DNA of 64,000 nucleotides from an uncultured Dehalococcoidia bacterium (GTDB lineage: Bacteria; Chloroflexota; Dehalococcoidia; Lucifugimonadales; UBA1123). Where the stretch lies: contig CATOSI010000001.1 of NCBI GenBank assembly GCA_951812505.1, positions 956,745 through 1,020,744 of the forward strand, given 5' to 3'. A program made the translations under genes and the position numbers. The notes under the pieces were generated by a model. It was not told the DNA's origin. It saw only the letters and a program-made list of their open reading frames with translations, and ran no database searches. Shown here in pieces: positions 41,899 through 52,558 of this stretch (its first letter is position 1; the number at the start of each line of letters is the position of its first letter).

Positions 41899-42072
41899 TT
41901 ATCGCCAGATTCGGACATTCAGGTATGGGTTCGGCTGAATTGAGTGGTGAACGAGGTGTTCCGGAAATGTGACATTTCGGCCCTTTCGCATACTTCCCTT
42001 CACTCTTGCATGACCCGGGTTCAGCTGCAAGTCAGGGGAGTTTATTGGTGGATACAATCCACATGATCCACG

Positions 42073-42340
42073 TCAACCAACTTTAACGGTGCGTCGATTG
42101 CTTTTGCCGGGTGGATCCTCCTCCATTAAGCGATTGCGCGCCGCATCGGCCTTGTACCTCGGGGCAACGAGTTCCAGTACGACCGAGTGGTGGTCAATTC
42201 TGACTATGGCCGTCGCGGTCATACTGGGGTTATCGGGTACACCTTCTCTCTCGCTGAACACCGAGTTCGAGGTGTTCCCAAGTGAACGCCGCTCGCAACG
42301 GTCGACTGTCAGGGCGAACAGTACCTCCGAACTTTCTCCG
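42073..42340 (-). pseudogene. IS21 IstB C-terminal remnant
   Basis: ESSEVLFALTVDRCERRSLGNTSNSVFSE..HHSVVLE aligns with the IstB at 49299-50087. Confidence 0.85.
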
Positions 42341-43143
42341 GTCTGCTTTCTGCCCCGGGCATTCACGCACGCCACATTCAGGCAAGTGTGTTTCACACAG
42401 CATTCAGACGAAACTAGCAATTTTCTTCCGGCAAGTTTCTTAAGATGCGTTTACTGTTACGAGGGACGGCCTGGATCACACGTCAAAAACTGTGATAGAA
42501 ACGTGATACGAGCCTGAATTCGTGGGTTTAAGAGACGCCGAAGATCGTTCATTTCCCACGATTTAGCTACAGAATTATGGGACTCAACGGATGGGACCAA
42601 GCCGCCGACCTGCAGTGTCTGCGACCGCTGGGCTGGTTGCAAACCCGGTCTTCCAGAGTCACTGGGAGACATATTTCGTCATTTGCCAAAGCTAAATTCG
42701 TGTCTATTCGGTCAGCAACAATCAGAATCGAAAGGTCCATAGTGGTACCAAAGGCGTTTCGAGGTTGTATCCCACCAGCTCCCCAGCAAATCAGGACGCA
42801 CTTCATGGTCTGCATCCACATTGGCATCACAACAGATCAGAAGGCTCCGAAGAGGATGTATCGGTGAGCGGAAGCGTGCGGAAATGCTATAAGCTATAGT
42901 ACAGTCAGAATTTGAAGGGACGCTTGGCCCCAAGCTTCAGAATCTGAACTACAGCCACGACCCAGACAACAGACAGAACAATCCCGTCGTTGCCAGTTAA
43001 GGTCATTTATCGTCTAGTGCGGGAACAGAGTTGAGAGACCGCTGGCACCGGTATCTCAAATAAATGCGACAAATCCGTTACAAAAATGTTACACGGGAGG
43101 ATCCCACATTTGGATGGTTTGTTCTGTTTTAGCTATGAAATCA

Positions 43144-43218
43144 TGGAGCCAACGGGCGGATTCGAACCGCCGACCTGCGGTTTACGAAACCGCTGCTCTA
43201 CCACTGAGCTACGTTGGC
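43144..43218 (-). tRNA. tRNA-Thr(CGT)
   Basis: GCCAACGTAGCTCAGTGGTAGAGCAGCGGTTTCGTAAACCGCAGGTCGGCGGTTCGAATCCGCCCGTTGGCTCCA; full cloverleaf, encoded CCA. Confidence 0.97.
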
Positions 43219-43276
43219 TTTCAAAGCTAATATGGCGTTGTCTCAGGTCCGATTTCCGTTTTTGCTAACGCTTTTG

Positions 43277-44434
43277 CTAACCAAAATCTTCGAGTTGATT
43301 CTCGAATACCTCCGCCGAAGCGACGTCCATCTCCCTCAGAACGTGAGAGTAGATGTCCAGCGTGGTCGCAATTGTACTATGTCCAAGCCTCTCCTGTACA
43401 ACCTTCGGATGAACCTTGGCATTCATCAGAATGGTAGCGTGCGCGTGGCGGGAGTCGTGCAGTCGCACGTTCGGAAAACCCGCTTTCGTCGCGAAGCGCT
43501 TGAACGCATGGGTGACTGAAGAAGGATTGTAAGGCATTCCCTTGTCGTTGCAGAACAGGAAGCAGTCCTCTGTCCACGGAATGCCGAGGGCCTCGAACAT
43601 CCGCTGCTGATCCTTCATATGATAGTACAGGATATAGTTTATATTTGTGCTCAGAGAGACTAGCCTGCGGCTAGTTTCGGATTTAGGATCTCCCTCGACG
43701 CTGCCTCCCCTGACCGCCACCCTGGCCCTGTCCACAGTCAGGCAGTACTTCTCAAGGTCGATGTCGCGCCATCTCAGACCACACAGCTCTGAACGTCTAA
43801 TGCCGGAGTAGAAAGCCAGGCAGAAGGCCGCAAGCCACGGCGTACCTACTGTCTCGTCAAGGATTAGGTCTACAATCTCGGCGGTTACGATCTGAGGTCT
43901 GAATCGAGGAACTCTCGGTTTCTTCACCCTCTTGGCGGGATTGGACGCCATCTCGCCCATGTCGACCGCGTGCTCAAGCGCCTTCGAAAGGACGCGGATG
44001 TGGCCTCGCACGGTCGAGGGGGACAGTCCGCCATCTCCGCTCACCCTACCGGACTTTAGCATCCTGGAAGCGTACTTCTGTATGTGCTGGGGACGAAGGT
44101 CCTGCATGCGGCGACGTCCCATGTGGGGAATCAAATTTCGGTCGATGATTCGGATGTACTCTCTCGCAGTGGAGGGGCGGACGTTATGGGCCACGTAGTC
44201 CTCCTTCCACTCTTCCAAGTACTTGGCAAGTGTCTTCCTGCTGGATTGTACGTAGGTTCTATCCTCGATGGCGCTGATTACTTTTCGCATCGCGCTCTCC
44301 GCCTCATTCTTGGTTCCGAAGCCGCGCTTCATTTCCTGTATTCTCTTTCCGGTCACCTCATCGCGCCCCATGTCCACAATGTAATGCCAGGACGTTCCCC
44401 GCTTTCCCTCACGTTTTCCCACATGACCTCTCAT
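43277..44434 (-). CDS. Tyrosine integrase (ICEBs1/Tn916-like) with N-terminal arm-binding domain
   Basis: GIRRSELCGLRW, LHDSRH, ERLGHS...TLDIYSH; N-terminal W.Y..D.GRD..TGKR.Q..RGF.TK.EA. Confidence 0.95.
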   Translation of the reverse strand: MRGHVGKREGKRGTSWHYIVDMGRDEVTGKRIQEMKRGFGTKNEAESAMRKVISAIEDRTYVQSSRKTLAKYLEEWKEDYVAHNVRPSTAREYIRIIDRNLIPHMGRRRMQDLRPQHIQKYASRMLKSGRVSGDGGLSPSTVRGHIRVLSKALEHAVDMGEMASNPAKRVKKPRVPRFRPQIVTAEIVDLILDETVGTPWLAAFCLAFYSGIRRSELCGLRWRDIDLEKYCLTVDRARVAVRGGSVEGDPKSETSRRLVSLSTNINYILYYHMKDQQRMFEALGIPWTEDCFLFCNDKGMPYNPSSVTHAFKRFATKAGFPNVRLHDSRHAHATILMNAKVHPKVVQERLGHSTIATTLDIYSHVLREMDVASAEVFENQLEDFG

Positions 44435-44591
44435 TTTGTACCTCCTGATTTTGACTTCAACCGTGTTTCAGGTATGCATGGTCTTCATTCGAAGGCGCAC
44501 TGCATAACTATGGTACCTGCAAATCGAAGAACCGCCGTTCACGTCGGGCCTCTGGTCCCACTTACTCGGATTTCTGCGACTTCGGCCTGCA

Positions 44592-44849
44592 TCACTGATC
44601 CTGTTTTGCGTCGGCTCCGTGAAGAGCACTCCGGATGATTTCCTCGATGGACGCCGCATCTTCTATCCCGTTGACGAACGCCCAGAGCCTTACACGTCCT
44701 ATGCGGTACTGCCTGCCGACCTTGATGAACGGCAGTTCACCCGCATGGATTAGGGCGTAGACTTTATCGTCGGTCAATTGCAGGATCTTGGCGGTTTCGC
44801 GGACCGTGTATGTGCCATTCAGATCGATCTTCTGGACTGGCAAGGTCAT
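44592..44849 (-). CDS. Excisionase-type HTH protein
   Basis: YTVRETAKILQL...VYALIHAGELPFIKVGRQYRI; upstream of int; GGAGG RBS. Confidence 0.88.
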   Translation of the reverse strand: MTLPVQKIDLNGTYTVRETAKILQLTDDKVYALIHAGELPFIKVGRQYRIGRVRLWAFVNGIEDAASIEEIIRSALHGADAKQDQ

Positions 44850-45234
44850 AGCGCTGCCCTCCTAAATGAGTTGAAGGAATCTTGTCAAGTCCCCCCACGA
44901 TCTTCTTAAATCTCGGGGACCTATTATTGAGGTCTGCGATGGCCACTCACAGGTATTTGGAAGCTGAGGATGATGAGTCGCTCTTGCAGGAATTCACTTT
45001 CAAATTCCAGTGGTGGGTGGTCAGATGAATCGCGCATCGTGTCGGGTGGCCGACAGAGTTTCGTAAGTCTTCGGAGCGGGCGCATGTTGCCCCTGTGTGG
45101 ACTGCCCAAATCGGTCCGGAACGCCATCCTGATGCTTGGGGACAGTTCTGAGTGCAATGTGATGATAGAACACCGCGCCGGCACATTCCTTGAAGGTAGG
45201 AAGTTCGAGCGAGACCCGGGTCTCTCTGTAGAGA

Positions 45235-45505
45235 GCTTAGGTCAAAGATTGCGGAAAGTCCCTTCCAGAATACAGCCTGATCAGGCGGCGCTGGCAGTCT
45301 CCTCAGGTGGCAGAAGTTCGACCAGGATCCCGTCCTCGAATCTCGGTCCATCCACCAGCAAGGTCATCAGGTTCCTCCCTCCATACAGCACAGCGGTCCC
45401 CGTCGCTTCGAGAGGCTCTGCACCGCCTTGTACACCAGGCAAGGCGCACTGTCCCGCCGCTTCATCCTGCGCGCCGTGTCCGTCCTCAGTCTCACCGCGC
45501 TGAAC
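45235..45505 (-). pseudogene. IS256-family transposase C-terminal remnant
   Basis: VFSAVRLRTDTARRMKRRDSA..LVYK then frameshift to GGRNLMTLLVDG.RFEDG. Confidence 0.6.
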
Positions 45506-45649
45506 ACCGCCCATTACAAAGCATTGTCCGGGCACTCTACGACGGCATCATTGGTGACATCCCGCTTGGGGAGCTCTCCCGTTTGAAAGATTGCCCGTAG
45601 CGCCAGGCGTCCCGCGGCGACACGCCCACTTCGTAGCAGCAGAGGGTAA

Positions 45650-45880
45650 GAAGGTGGTCAGTGAGATAGGAATGGACATGAGCCGGTGGCCGACGGCGAA
45701 TCACGCTGTGTCGTGGCTTGGTCTGAGTCCCAACAACAGGGTGGGCGGCGGCAGGATGCTGAGCTCGCGCACGACCCCGAATGCGAACCGGTGGCGGAGC
45801 TTCGGATTGCGGCCAATGTGCTGCACCGCTACGACGGCGCGCTCGGAGCGTTCCTGCGCAGGAAGAGGGCCGCTCAGATG
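45650..45880 (+). pseudogene. IS110-family transposase fragment
   Basis: SEIGMDMSRWPTANHAVSWLGLSPNNRVGGG...NR / LRIAANVLHR..ALGAFLRR. Confidence 0.8.
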
Positions 45881-46060
45881 GGCTACAGGCTGGTGCAGGT
45901 GGCTGGTGATAAGCAAGAGCCGCAGCCGGCGCAACTCCCCAGCTGGCGGTAGTACGCGTATGATAAGCAGAGCTAGTCGATAGCCGACCACCTTCTTACG
46001 CCCTGATGGACAACAGACACGGTCTGGTGAGGGACTTCCGTCTGACCGGAGGCTGATAGC

Positions 46061-46165
46061 ATGGCTGACAGGGATGCGGCGTTGGACACGCTGATACAGA
46101 TACCGGGAAGCCGTCGTCTGACGGTTGGAGCGGGAGGGGCTGCGACAGCAGGGACTTCGTGGCCG
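46061..46165 (+). pseudogene. IS5-like transposase fragment
   Basis: DRDAALDTL..IPGSRRLTVGA + shifted GCDSRDFVA (degenerate TVGADxGYD). Confidence 0.5.
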
Positions 46166-46678
46166 AGACTTGCGTTTTGAACTGATGGACGGCGGAATCT
46201 ACTAAGCACCCAGTCAGGCCAGATGCTTAGTAGATTCTCTGTGCGACCTCACCGGGGTAAACAGTGCATCCAATCGCCTGCTGGAGGGCCGGAGACATAA
46301 GTGCCGGTAGCGCATTTGATTGGATTCTTAACTTAAGGATTCGCTACTTTGTTGGACTGGGCGCTAAACAACTCTCCAGAGAGTAAAATACATCAAAGCT
46401 AAAATGGTCCCACAACCGGAGAAACATTGGGCTGTGCACTTAATTACATCTGCACCCGAAATTGGGGCGCAAGTGGCTTGATTTCGCGGGCTTTTTCATA
46501 GCTGAACTAGCTATGAATATACGATCCTGACTTTTGATATCATCTGGTGCCTGTTACGGGTGTGGCGGTAGGGGGTAAAGAGCTACGATCACGATTCAGT
46601 TACCGCAGCCCGTCTCAGGTCGGACTTGGTCAAGTCCCCATACATGGTGTGGGAGTTCTTCAATCCATTTGATGCTCC

Positions 46679-47704
46679 GTAACCGTCCCATAGACGGTGG
46701 TTAAAGAAGATGGCAGGGAATCCTGCTAAGGTGTTGAAGAATCACAACCAACACTGGAGGCCCCCTGCCATGTCCAGAGTACGATTCACACTGCCCCAGG
46801 TCAAGGACTATCCTGATTCCAGGCCGTCGGCCTGTCCGCACTGCGGCAGCGTCATTCTGAACCGACATGGGAAGGTTACAAAGCGCGTCACAGACCTGTA
46901 CATAAGCGAGGTTACTGTGATCAGGTATCGTTGCACAGACTGTCTGAAGACATTCAGACACTACCCGAAAGGAGTGGACAGCCATGATCGGAGTCTGAGA
47001 CTCAGAGGGGTGAGTGCACTGAGTTGGGCGCTGGGTCTGTCGCTGCGTTCTGTGAGCCATCTGTTGTCTGCGCTGGGCTGCGGTCTATCCCGGATGAGCA
47101 TATGGCGGGACGTTCAGGAGTGGGGCTCTGGCGCGCTGAGCGGATGGATGAACAGGACGCGCGGGCGTGTGAGGGTGATGGGAGCGGATGAGACAGTGAT
47201 CAGGCTGAGGGGCAAAAAGACAGTGTTGGGTTTTGTAACGGACGCAAAGAGCGGTCAACTTGTGGGTATGGATGTGTTGGTGGACAGGGACAGCGAGGGC
47301 TTTATGAGGTGGCTTCAGCGATACGTGAGCCGCTTCGGAGTGGAGGCGATGGTGACCGATGACCTGTCCACCTACAAGCCGGTGGTCGAGCGTTTGGGTA
47401 TTGAACACCAGGTGTGCATAGCGCACGTGAGAAAGAACGTGCGCAGGCGTATTGATGAGATAGATGGGTGGGACTGGCACAGAGAGAACGATAGGAAGGC
47501 GCAAGATCAGGTACAAGACAGTTAGAGGGTACAAGAGTATGGAGGGTATGATCAACGGGTTGGGTCTGACGCAGTGGGTGTGGAGCGGACGAGAAGGTCT
47601 GGACCTGGGCGAGTTGGTAGCGGCGTAAGCAGAATCCTTCCTCCAGAGAAAACTGACTCTCTCTACTACTCCACAAATCCGCACACCGCCTGTGGGACGA
47701 TTAC
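46679..47704 (+). mobile_element. IS element with 21-bp imperfect TIRs (GTAA...TTAC) and internally deleted DDE transposase
   Basis: gtaaccgtcccatagacggtg vs reverse complement of caccgcctgtgggacgattac (18/21). Confidence 0.85.
46770..47628 (+). pseudogene. Transposase (Zn-ribbon + HTH + DDE), frameshift/deletion near 47480
   Basis: CPHCGS, RYRCTDC, GADET, VTDDLSTY, HQVCIAH; TERTIGRRKIRYKTVRGYKS in another frame. Confidence 0.8.
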
Positions 47705-47814
47705 AGGTGGTTCAGCGGTTGCAATTGGTGAACAGCGACAATCATTCTTGCCGGTGACGACAACGATTTTTGCCGGTCAGTAGATACGATGGTCTGGTAC
47801 CAGGAGGTGCCAGA

Positions 47815-49302
47815 TTGATCACGGATCAACAGGTAGTTCTACTGAGGCAGAAGATTATGGAAGGCAAGACACAGAAGGCAGCGGCGGCGTCAGCCGCCAT
47901 GAGTGAGAGATCGGCAAGGGACTGGCAGTTGGGAGAGTTACCGTCGGATAGGAAGAAGGCAAGACGGAGGTGGAGAAGCAGACCGGACCCGTTTGCAGAT
48001 GTGTGGGAGAGCGATGTCGTACCGCTGCTGCGGACAGACCCCGACGGTGACCTGAGTGCAACAACCATTCTGGAGTGGCTCGACGAGCGACACCCGGACA
48101 GGTTCGGCGGATCGCAACTGAGGACGCTGCAGAGGCGCATGAGAGACTACAGAGCCCTTCATGGGCCGGACAAGGAGGTGTACTTCCAGCAGGACCATCC
48201 GCCCGGTCGCGAGGCCCAGTTGGACTTCACCCACTGTTCGGAACTGGGAGTGACCATAGGTGGACAGCCGTTCAGGCATATGCTTTTCCACCTAGTACTG
48301 AGCCACTCGGGTTGGAGCTACGCGGAGGTGTGCTTTGGCGAGACGTTCGCGGCGCTGGTGAAGGGACTCCAGGGAGCGCTGTGGGATCTGGGCGGAGCGC
48401 CGAGGGTGGTGCGCACCGACAACCTGTCGGCGGCCACGCACGACCTGAAGAACAGCAGGGGTCGCGCGATCAACGCCAGGTACGAGGCGGTGCTCGCGCA
48501 TTACGGGGTGGAGCACACAAGGACCAACCCTCGCTCGTCTAATGAGAACGGTGTGGTCGAACAGGGACACCGTCGTCTCAAGAACAGGGTCCTCCAGGCG
48601 CTGATCCTGCGGGGCAGTCGCGACTTCGAGTCGGAGCGAGAGTACGTTGAGTTCATCAGACGGATCGTGGACCGGCGTAACAGACTGGCCCGCTCGAAGC
48701 TGAAGAGAGAGCGGCGTCATCTGCTTCCGCTTCCCCCGGCGCCTGTGCCAGAGTACGTCAACTACAGCTGCAGGGTACGCAGGTGGAGCACGATCAGGGT
48801 GGCGAACCGGACATACTCGGTGCCGTCCCGACTGATAGGGATGGAGGTGAACGTAAGGCTGTACGCCGATCGCATCGAGGTGTACTACAAGGACCACCTG
48901 GTTGAGAGCATGGAGCGGATACACGGCGGGGGTGAGGCACAGATCGACTACCGCCATATCATAGCTTCACTGGTGCGCAAGCCTGGAGCATTCGCCAGGT
49001 ACAGATTCAGGGAGCAAATGTTCCCAACCCATACGTTCAGACGAACCTATGATGCGCTGTGTGAGTGGAAGGGAGAGCGCGCCGACGTGGAGTACGTGCG
49101 CATCCTGCACCTGGCCGCGACAACCATGGAGTCGGAGGTGGACAGAGTACTCAGAAGACTTCTGGAGTCGGGGTTGAGCTTCGACTACGCGATGGTTCGT
49201 CAACTATCGGCTCCCGACCCGCCGCCGGTCCCAGACCTGAAGAGGGTCGGTGTCGTGGATCTGAGCGTATACGACAGGCTGCTGGTGGGAGGTGTGCGAT
49301 GA
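47815..49302 (+). CDS. istA: IS21 transposase IstA
   Basis: HPPGREAQLDFT, RTDNLSAA, ENGVVE, YSVPSRLIG. Confidence 0.95.
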   Translation: MITDQQVVLLRQKIMEGKTQKAAAASAAMSERSARDWQLGELPSDRKKARRRWRSRPDPFADVWESDVVPLLRTDPDGDLSATTILEWLDERHPDRFGGSQLRTLQRRMRDYRALHGPDKEVYFQQDHPPGREAQLDFTHCSELGVTIGGQPFRHMLFHLVLSHSGWSYAEVCFGETFAALVKGLQGALWDLGGAPRVVRTDNLSAATHDLKNSRGRAINARYEAVLAHYGVEHTRTNPRSSNENGVVEQGHRRLKNRVLQALILRGSRDFESEREYVEFIRRIVDRRNRLARSKLKRERRHLLPLPPAPVPEYVNYSCRVRRWSTIRVANRTYSVPSRLIGMEVNVRLYADRIEVYYKDHLVESMERIHGGGEAQIDYRHIIASLVRKPGAFARYRFREQMFPTHTFRRTYDALCEWKGERADVEYVRILHLAATTMESEVDRVLRRLLESGLSFDYAMVRQLSAPDPPPVPDLKRVGVVDLSVYDRLLVGGVR

Positions 49303-50087
49303 TCGCGGACATGCATCCATCGATCGCGGTGGGAGACAGGATCAGACAGCTGTGCAGGGAGTTCAAGCTGCCGACGCTGGCTGCAGAGACCGTAACGAGG
49401 TTCGACGAGGCCGGACACGCCGATGCGCTTCCCACACTCGTTGAGGTCATGGAGCAGGAAGCGGAGGACCGTCGGATAAGGAGAGTGGACAGGCTGAGGA
49501 GGGCGTCCAAGCTGCCGGCGGGCAAGACCTGGGACACCTTCGAGCACGAGCGGACTCCGATCAAGCTCAGGCAGCAGCTCAACAGACTTGTCGAAGGGGA
49601 CTTTGTGGATAGAGGAGTCAACGTGCTGGCGTTCGGTATGCCGGGCACCGGCAAGACCCACGCCGTATGCGCCATCGGACACCGGCTGGTGGAGTCGAGT
49701 CGTTCCGTGCTGTTCATCCCTGCATACCGTCTGGTGCAGGACATGCTCGCTGCCAAGCGAGACCTGGAACTGCCGCGGATGCTGCGCAAGCTGGACAACT
49801 TCGACTTGCTCATCATAGACGACCTGGGCTACCTGCCACAGGGGGCCGAGGAGTCGGAGGTGCTGTTCACACTCATAGCCGAGCGCTACGAGCGACGTTC
49901 CTTGGGCATCACCTCAAACCTGGTCTTCAGTGAATGGGAGAAGGTGTTCGACAACCCCATGGCGACCGCGGCGGCCATAGACAGGATCGTTCACCACTCG
50001 GTCATACTGGAGTTTGACGTGCCGAGTTACAGGACCGGCGCGGCGCAGAGTAGTCGCACAGAGCAGGAGTCAGACCGGCAAGAATGA
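49299..50087 (+). CDS. istB: IS21 helper ATPase IstB
   Basis: GMPGTGKTH, LLIIDDLGY, ERYERRS, ITSN, AIDRIVHH. Confidence 0.95.
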   Translation: MIADMHPSIAVGDRIRQLCREFKLPTLAAETVTRFDEAGHADALPTLVEVMEQEAEDRRIRRVDRLRRASKLPAGKTWDTFEHERTPIKLRQQLNRLVEGDFVDRGVNVLAFGMPGTGKTHAVCAIGHRLVESSRSVLFIPAYRLVQDMLAAKRDLELPRMLRKLDNFDLLIIDDLGYLPQGAEESEVLFTLIAERYERRSLGITSNLVFSEWEKVFDNPMATAAAIDRIVHHSVILEFDVPSYRTGAAQSSRTEQESDRQE

Positions 50088-50124
50088 TTGTCGCATAACC
50101 GGCAAGAATGGTTGACGTGTAACA

Positions 50125-50578
50125 ATTGGTGTATGAATGGAAGTACCTGTTCCTGGTGGTGGACTTTGCGCGTGGGAAGTTGGAGTGGGCGTGGATAGAC
50201 TCGATGAGCTCTGAGACGGTGGCGCGCGCGGTGTTGAGTGTTAGGCGATACACGGAAGTGAGAGCGCTGGTGTGGGACGGAGCGGGCAGCCATCGCAGCG
50301 AGTTGGTCAGGAGTATAGCGGGGGTGAAGACGATAACGCTGCCTGCCTAGAGTCCTGAGCTTAATCCTGCCGAGCGGGTGTTCGAGGAGGTTCGCAGGTG
50401 GGTAGAGGGCAGGGTGTATGGGAGTATAGATGAGAAGGTTGAGGCGGTGAACGCCTGCCTTAGCAGGCTGGAATCGGATCCCGAACGAGTGAAGTCGCTG
50501 GTAGGTTGGGAGTGGATCAAGCGGAACGTTCAGGGGATACCCGAATACTATGCGGCCTCATCAAGCTGAAATGGTATA
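50125..50578 (+). pseudogene. IS630-family transposase remnant (continues from 47705-47728)
   Basis: VVQRLQL|VYEWKYLF...VWDGAGSH...LPA*SPELNPAE; ends at TA. Confidence 0.85.
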
Positions 50579-51460
50579 GAGGGTGTCTGAGAAGTGTTAA
50601 GATCGTCTCATTATGAAGCGTAAACCGTATCCTACGGACCTGACAGACACCGAATGGGCCATCCTCAAGCCGTTGGTTCCGAAAGCCAGAGCGGGTGGAC
50701 GACCGCGCTCAGTAGATATGCGCGAGATCATCAACGCCATCTTCTACGTTCTCAGAGGTGGGATACCATGGCGGATGCTCCCACATGACCTTCCGCCATG
50801 GAAGACCGTCTATCACTATTTCAGAGCATGGCGAATGGTAGGTGTGTGGGAGGACATGAACGAGGCATTGCGCGAGCGAGTCAGGGTAACACAGGGACGT
50901 TGGCCCACACCGAGCGCGGGTGCGATAGACTCGCAGTCGGCGAAGACGAGTGAAAGGGGGGCTTACGCAGCTACGATGGCGGCAAGAAGGTGAACGGCAG
51001 GAAGCGTCATATACTTGTGGATACTGAAGGGTTGGTACTGAAGGTGAAGGTGCATGAGGCTGGAATAAGCGATAGCGCGGGATCCAAGATGGTGCTGGAC
51101 GGTCTGAGCAGTCGGTTTCCGAGGATGAGGAAAGTGTGGGCGGACTACGCATATCGCGGACTTAAGGAGTGGATGAGAACCACGCTGGGCTGGGACTTGG
51201 AGGTTGTGAGACATACTTGGTCTGGCAGGGTATGGGTGGTAGGTGACCAGGAGCCTCCAACTCGTCCGAAGGGATTTGTAGTGTTGCCGCGGCGCTGGGT
51301 TGTGGAGCGCACATTCGCATGGCTGGTACGTAACCGCAGACTGTCTAAGGACTATGAATACTTGCCTGAGACTGAAGAGTCGTTCGTGTACGCTGCTATG
51401 ATCAGACTGATGCTTCGCAGACTGGCGCATCCTACCTGAAATGACTTCTCAGACACCCTC
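50579..51460 (+). mobile_element. IS5-family element (two ORFs, -1 frameshift type)
   Basis: 17-bp perfect TIR gagggtgtctgagaagt; TA on both flanks. Confidence 0.93.
50613..51439 (+). CDS. IS5 transposase, probably expressed by frameshift at GAAAGGGGGG
   Basis: [25 protein letters not shown] / [38 protein letters not shown]. Confidence 0.9.
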
Positions 51461-51730
51461 TAACTCTCCCCTAAGTGCTTCATACAGACGGGATGCACCT
51501 TCAGGCCCGATTGTTACGCCAAATTCTGGCAAGATACATTCTTCGTTTACGTCCATTGCGTTTTTCAAACGTCCGAGAATCACAGCGGCTTGCCCATCGG
51601 AAATGATATACACCTTGCCGTTAATCCCTACGCTGACATTATTCGGGTTGGTTCTTTGAACTGAGATCATCTTGCAATTCCTTACTTCTCCTATGAAGCT
51701 GTTGACCTTCATTGAGCCGCATACATCCAC
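51449..51730 (-). CDS. Hypothetical protein, 3' end overlapped by IS5
   Basis: Third gene of a minus-strand run; last codons come from the IS5 TIR. Confidence 0.4.
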   Translation of the reverse strand: MDVCGSMKVNSFIGEVRNCKMISVQRTNPNNVSVGINGKVYIISDGQAAVILGRLKNAMDVNEECILPEFGVTIGPEGASRLYEALRGELEGV

Positions 51731-51987
51731 CTGTACCCTTGCCTGTCAGAAGTGGGCGGGATCATATCTATCTGGTCTCTATCGGCAAGCATGGCTAACA
51801 CCCCTTCGCAGATACCACGTTCTGGATTCAGAGACATACCGCCTTTCCATGCAGGCAACCCCATCGCCTCTACGACTTCGCTAGTTGTCAGACAGCTATC
51901 CGGCTGAGTACGTAGCACGTCCAGGATAGCCTCTGCTACCGTATCCTCTCCCAACTCGAAAAGGCGGCGGCGTTGCGGTATATTCAT
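51709..51987 (-). CDS. Hypothetical wHTH-like protein
   Basis: AILDVLR...LTTSEV.EAMGL...GVLAML...I...W; GAGGAG RBS. Confidence 0.6.
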   Translation of the reverse strand: MNIPQRRRLFELGEDTVAEAILDVLRTQPDSCLTTSEVVEAMGLPAWKGGMSLNPERGICEGVLAMLADRDQIDMIPPTSDRQGYRWMYAAQ

Positions 51988-52000
51988 GTCTCAATCTCCT

Positions 52001-52558
52001 CTACGCAACGAAAGCGCGGTTACTCCGATAGCACGACCTACACATAGGCTTTACCATGCTAGTATCATGTTCCTCTCCGCACACATGGCAATGCTGTTCC
52101 TCATACTCGGTATTCTTGAATCTCTCCCAAGTTCTGAAATCGGTAGTGCAGTAAGGTCGTTGGGGGTTGAACGGGATTTCCTTCCCACAGCGCAGACAGT
52201 ACCCGGTTTCGGGAACAGCGACCGTTACCTCAACCTTTTGGACACGCGGACGCTGTGATCCTTTGGACGGCTTGGACTCCCCGCCTTTGTATATCTTGCC
52301 CGTAGGCTGACCGTCCGTAGTTCGGTTATATCGGGGATTTCGACCGTGACGCTTGCGATACCCTTCCAGCCAATCTCTTTCCCACTTATCAGCCTGCGCC
52401 TTAGTCATTCCACCGCGCTCGGTTTTCAACGTGTAGAATTCCTTTTCCTCTAATCTATGTTCTGCCCTTCTAGCACGGGGATTGTTAGTCTGCCCAATGT
52501 ACACGACCTGATTGTATCGGTCCCTGAGCGTGTAGCCGTAGATGTTCTTATCCACCAT
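52001..52558 (-). CDS. GIY-YIG nuclease domain + C-terminal Cys-rich Zn module
   Basis: IYGYTL...VYIGQTNNP..R..EH...E...YN; YCLRCG..PYC, CHVCG..PMCRSCY. Confidence 0.8.
   Translation of the reverse strand: MVDKNIYGYTLRDRYNQVVYIGQTNNPRARRAEHRLEEKEFYTLKTERGGMTKAQADKWERDWLEGYRKRHGRNPRYNRTTDGQPTGKIYKGGESKPSKGSQRPRVQKVEVTVAVPETGYCLRCGKEIPFNPQRPYCTTDFRTWERFKNTEYEEQHCHVCGEEHDTSMVKPMCRSCYRSNRAFVA

Larger units (their letters stand above)
33591..43188. mobile_element. tRNA-Thr-integrated genomic island without its own integrase
   Basis: Bounded by the tRNA and its 3' duplication; cargo imuB-dnaE2, MFS, IS remnant. Confidence 0.85.
47729..50124 (+). mobile_element. IS21-family element, apparently intact
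   Basis: TG...CA ends with reiterated (a)atcattcttgccgg motifs; 5-bp TSD ATTGG (47724-28, 50125-29). Confidence 0.93.

Noticed and set aside
42420-43070. Integrase remnant for the left island
   Set aside because: No tyrosine or serine recombinase motifs found in the frames I read
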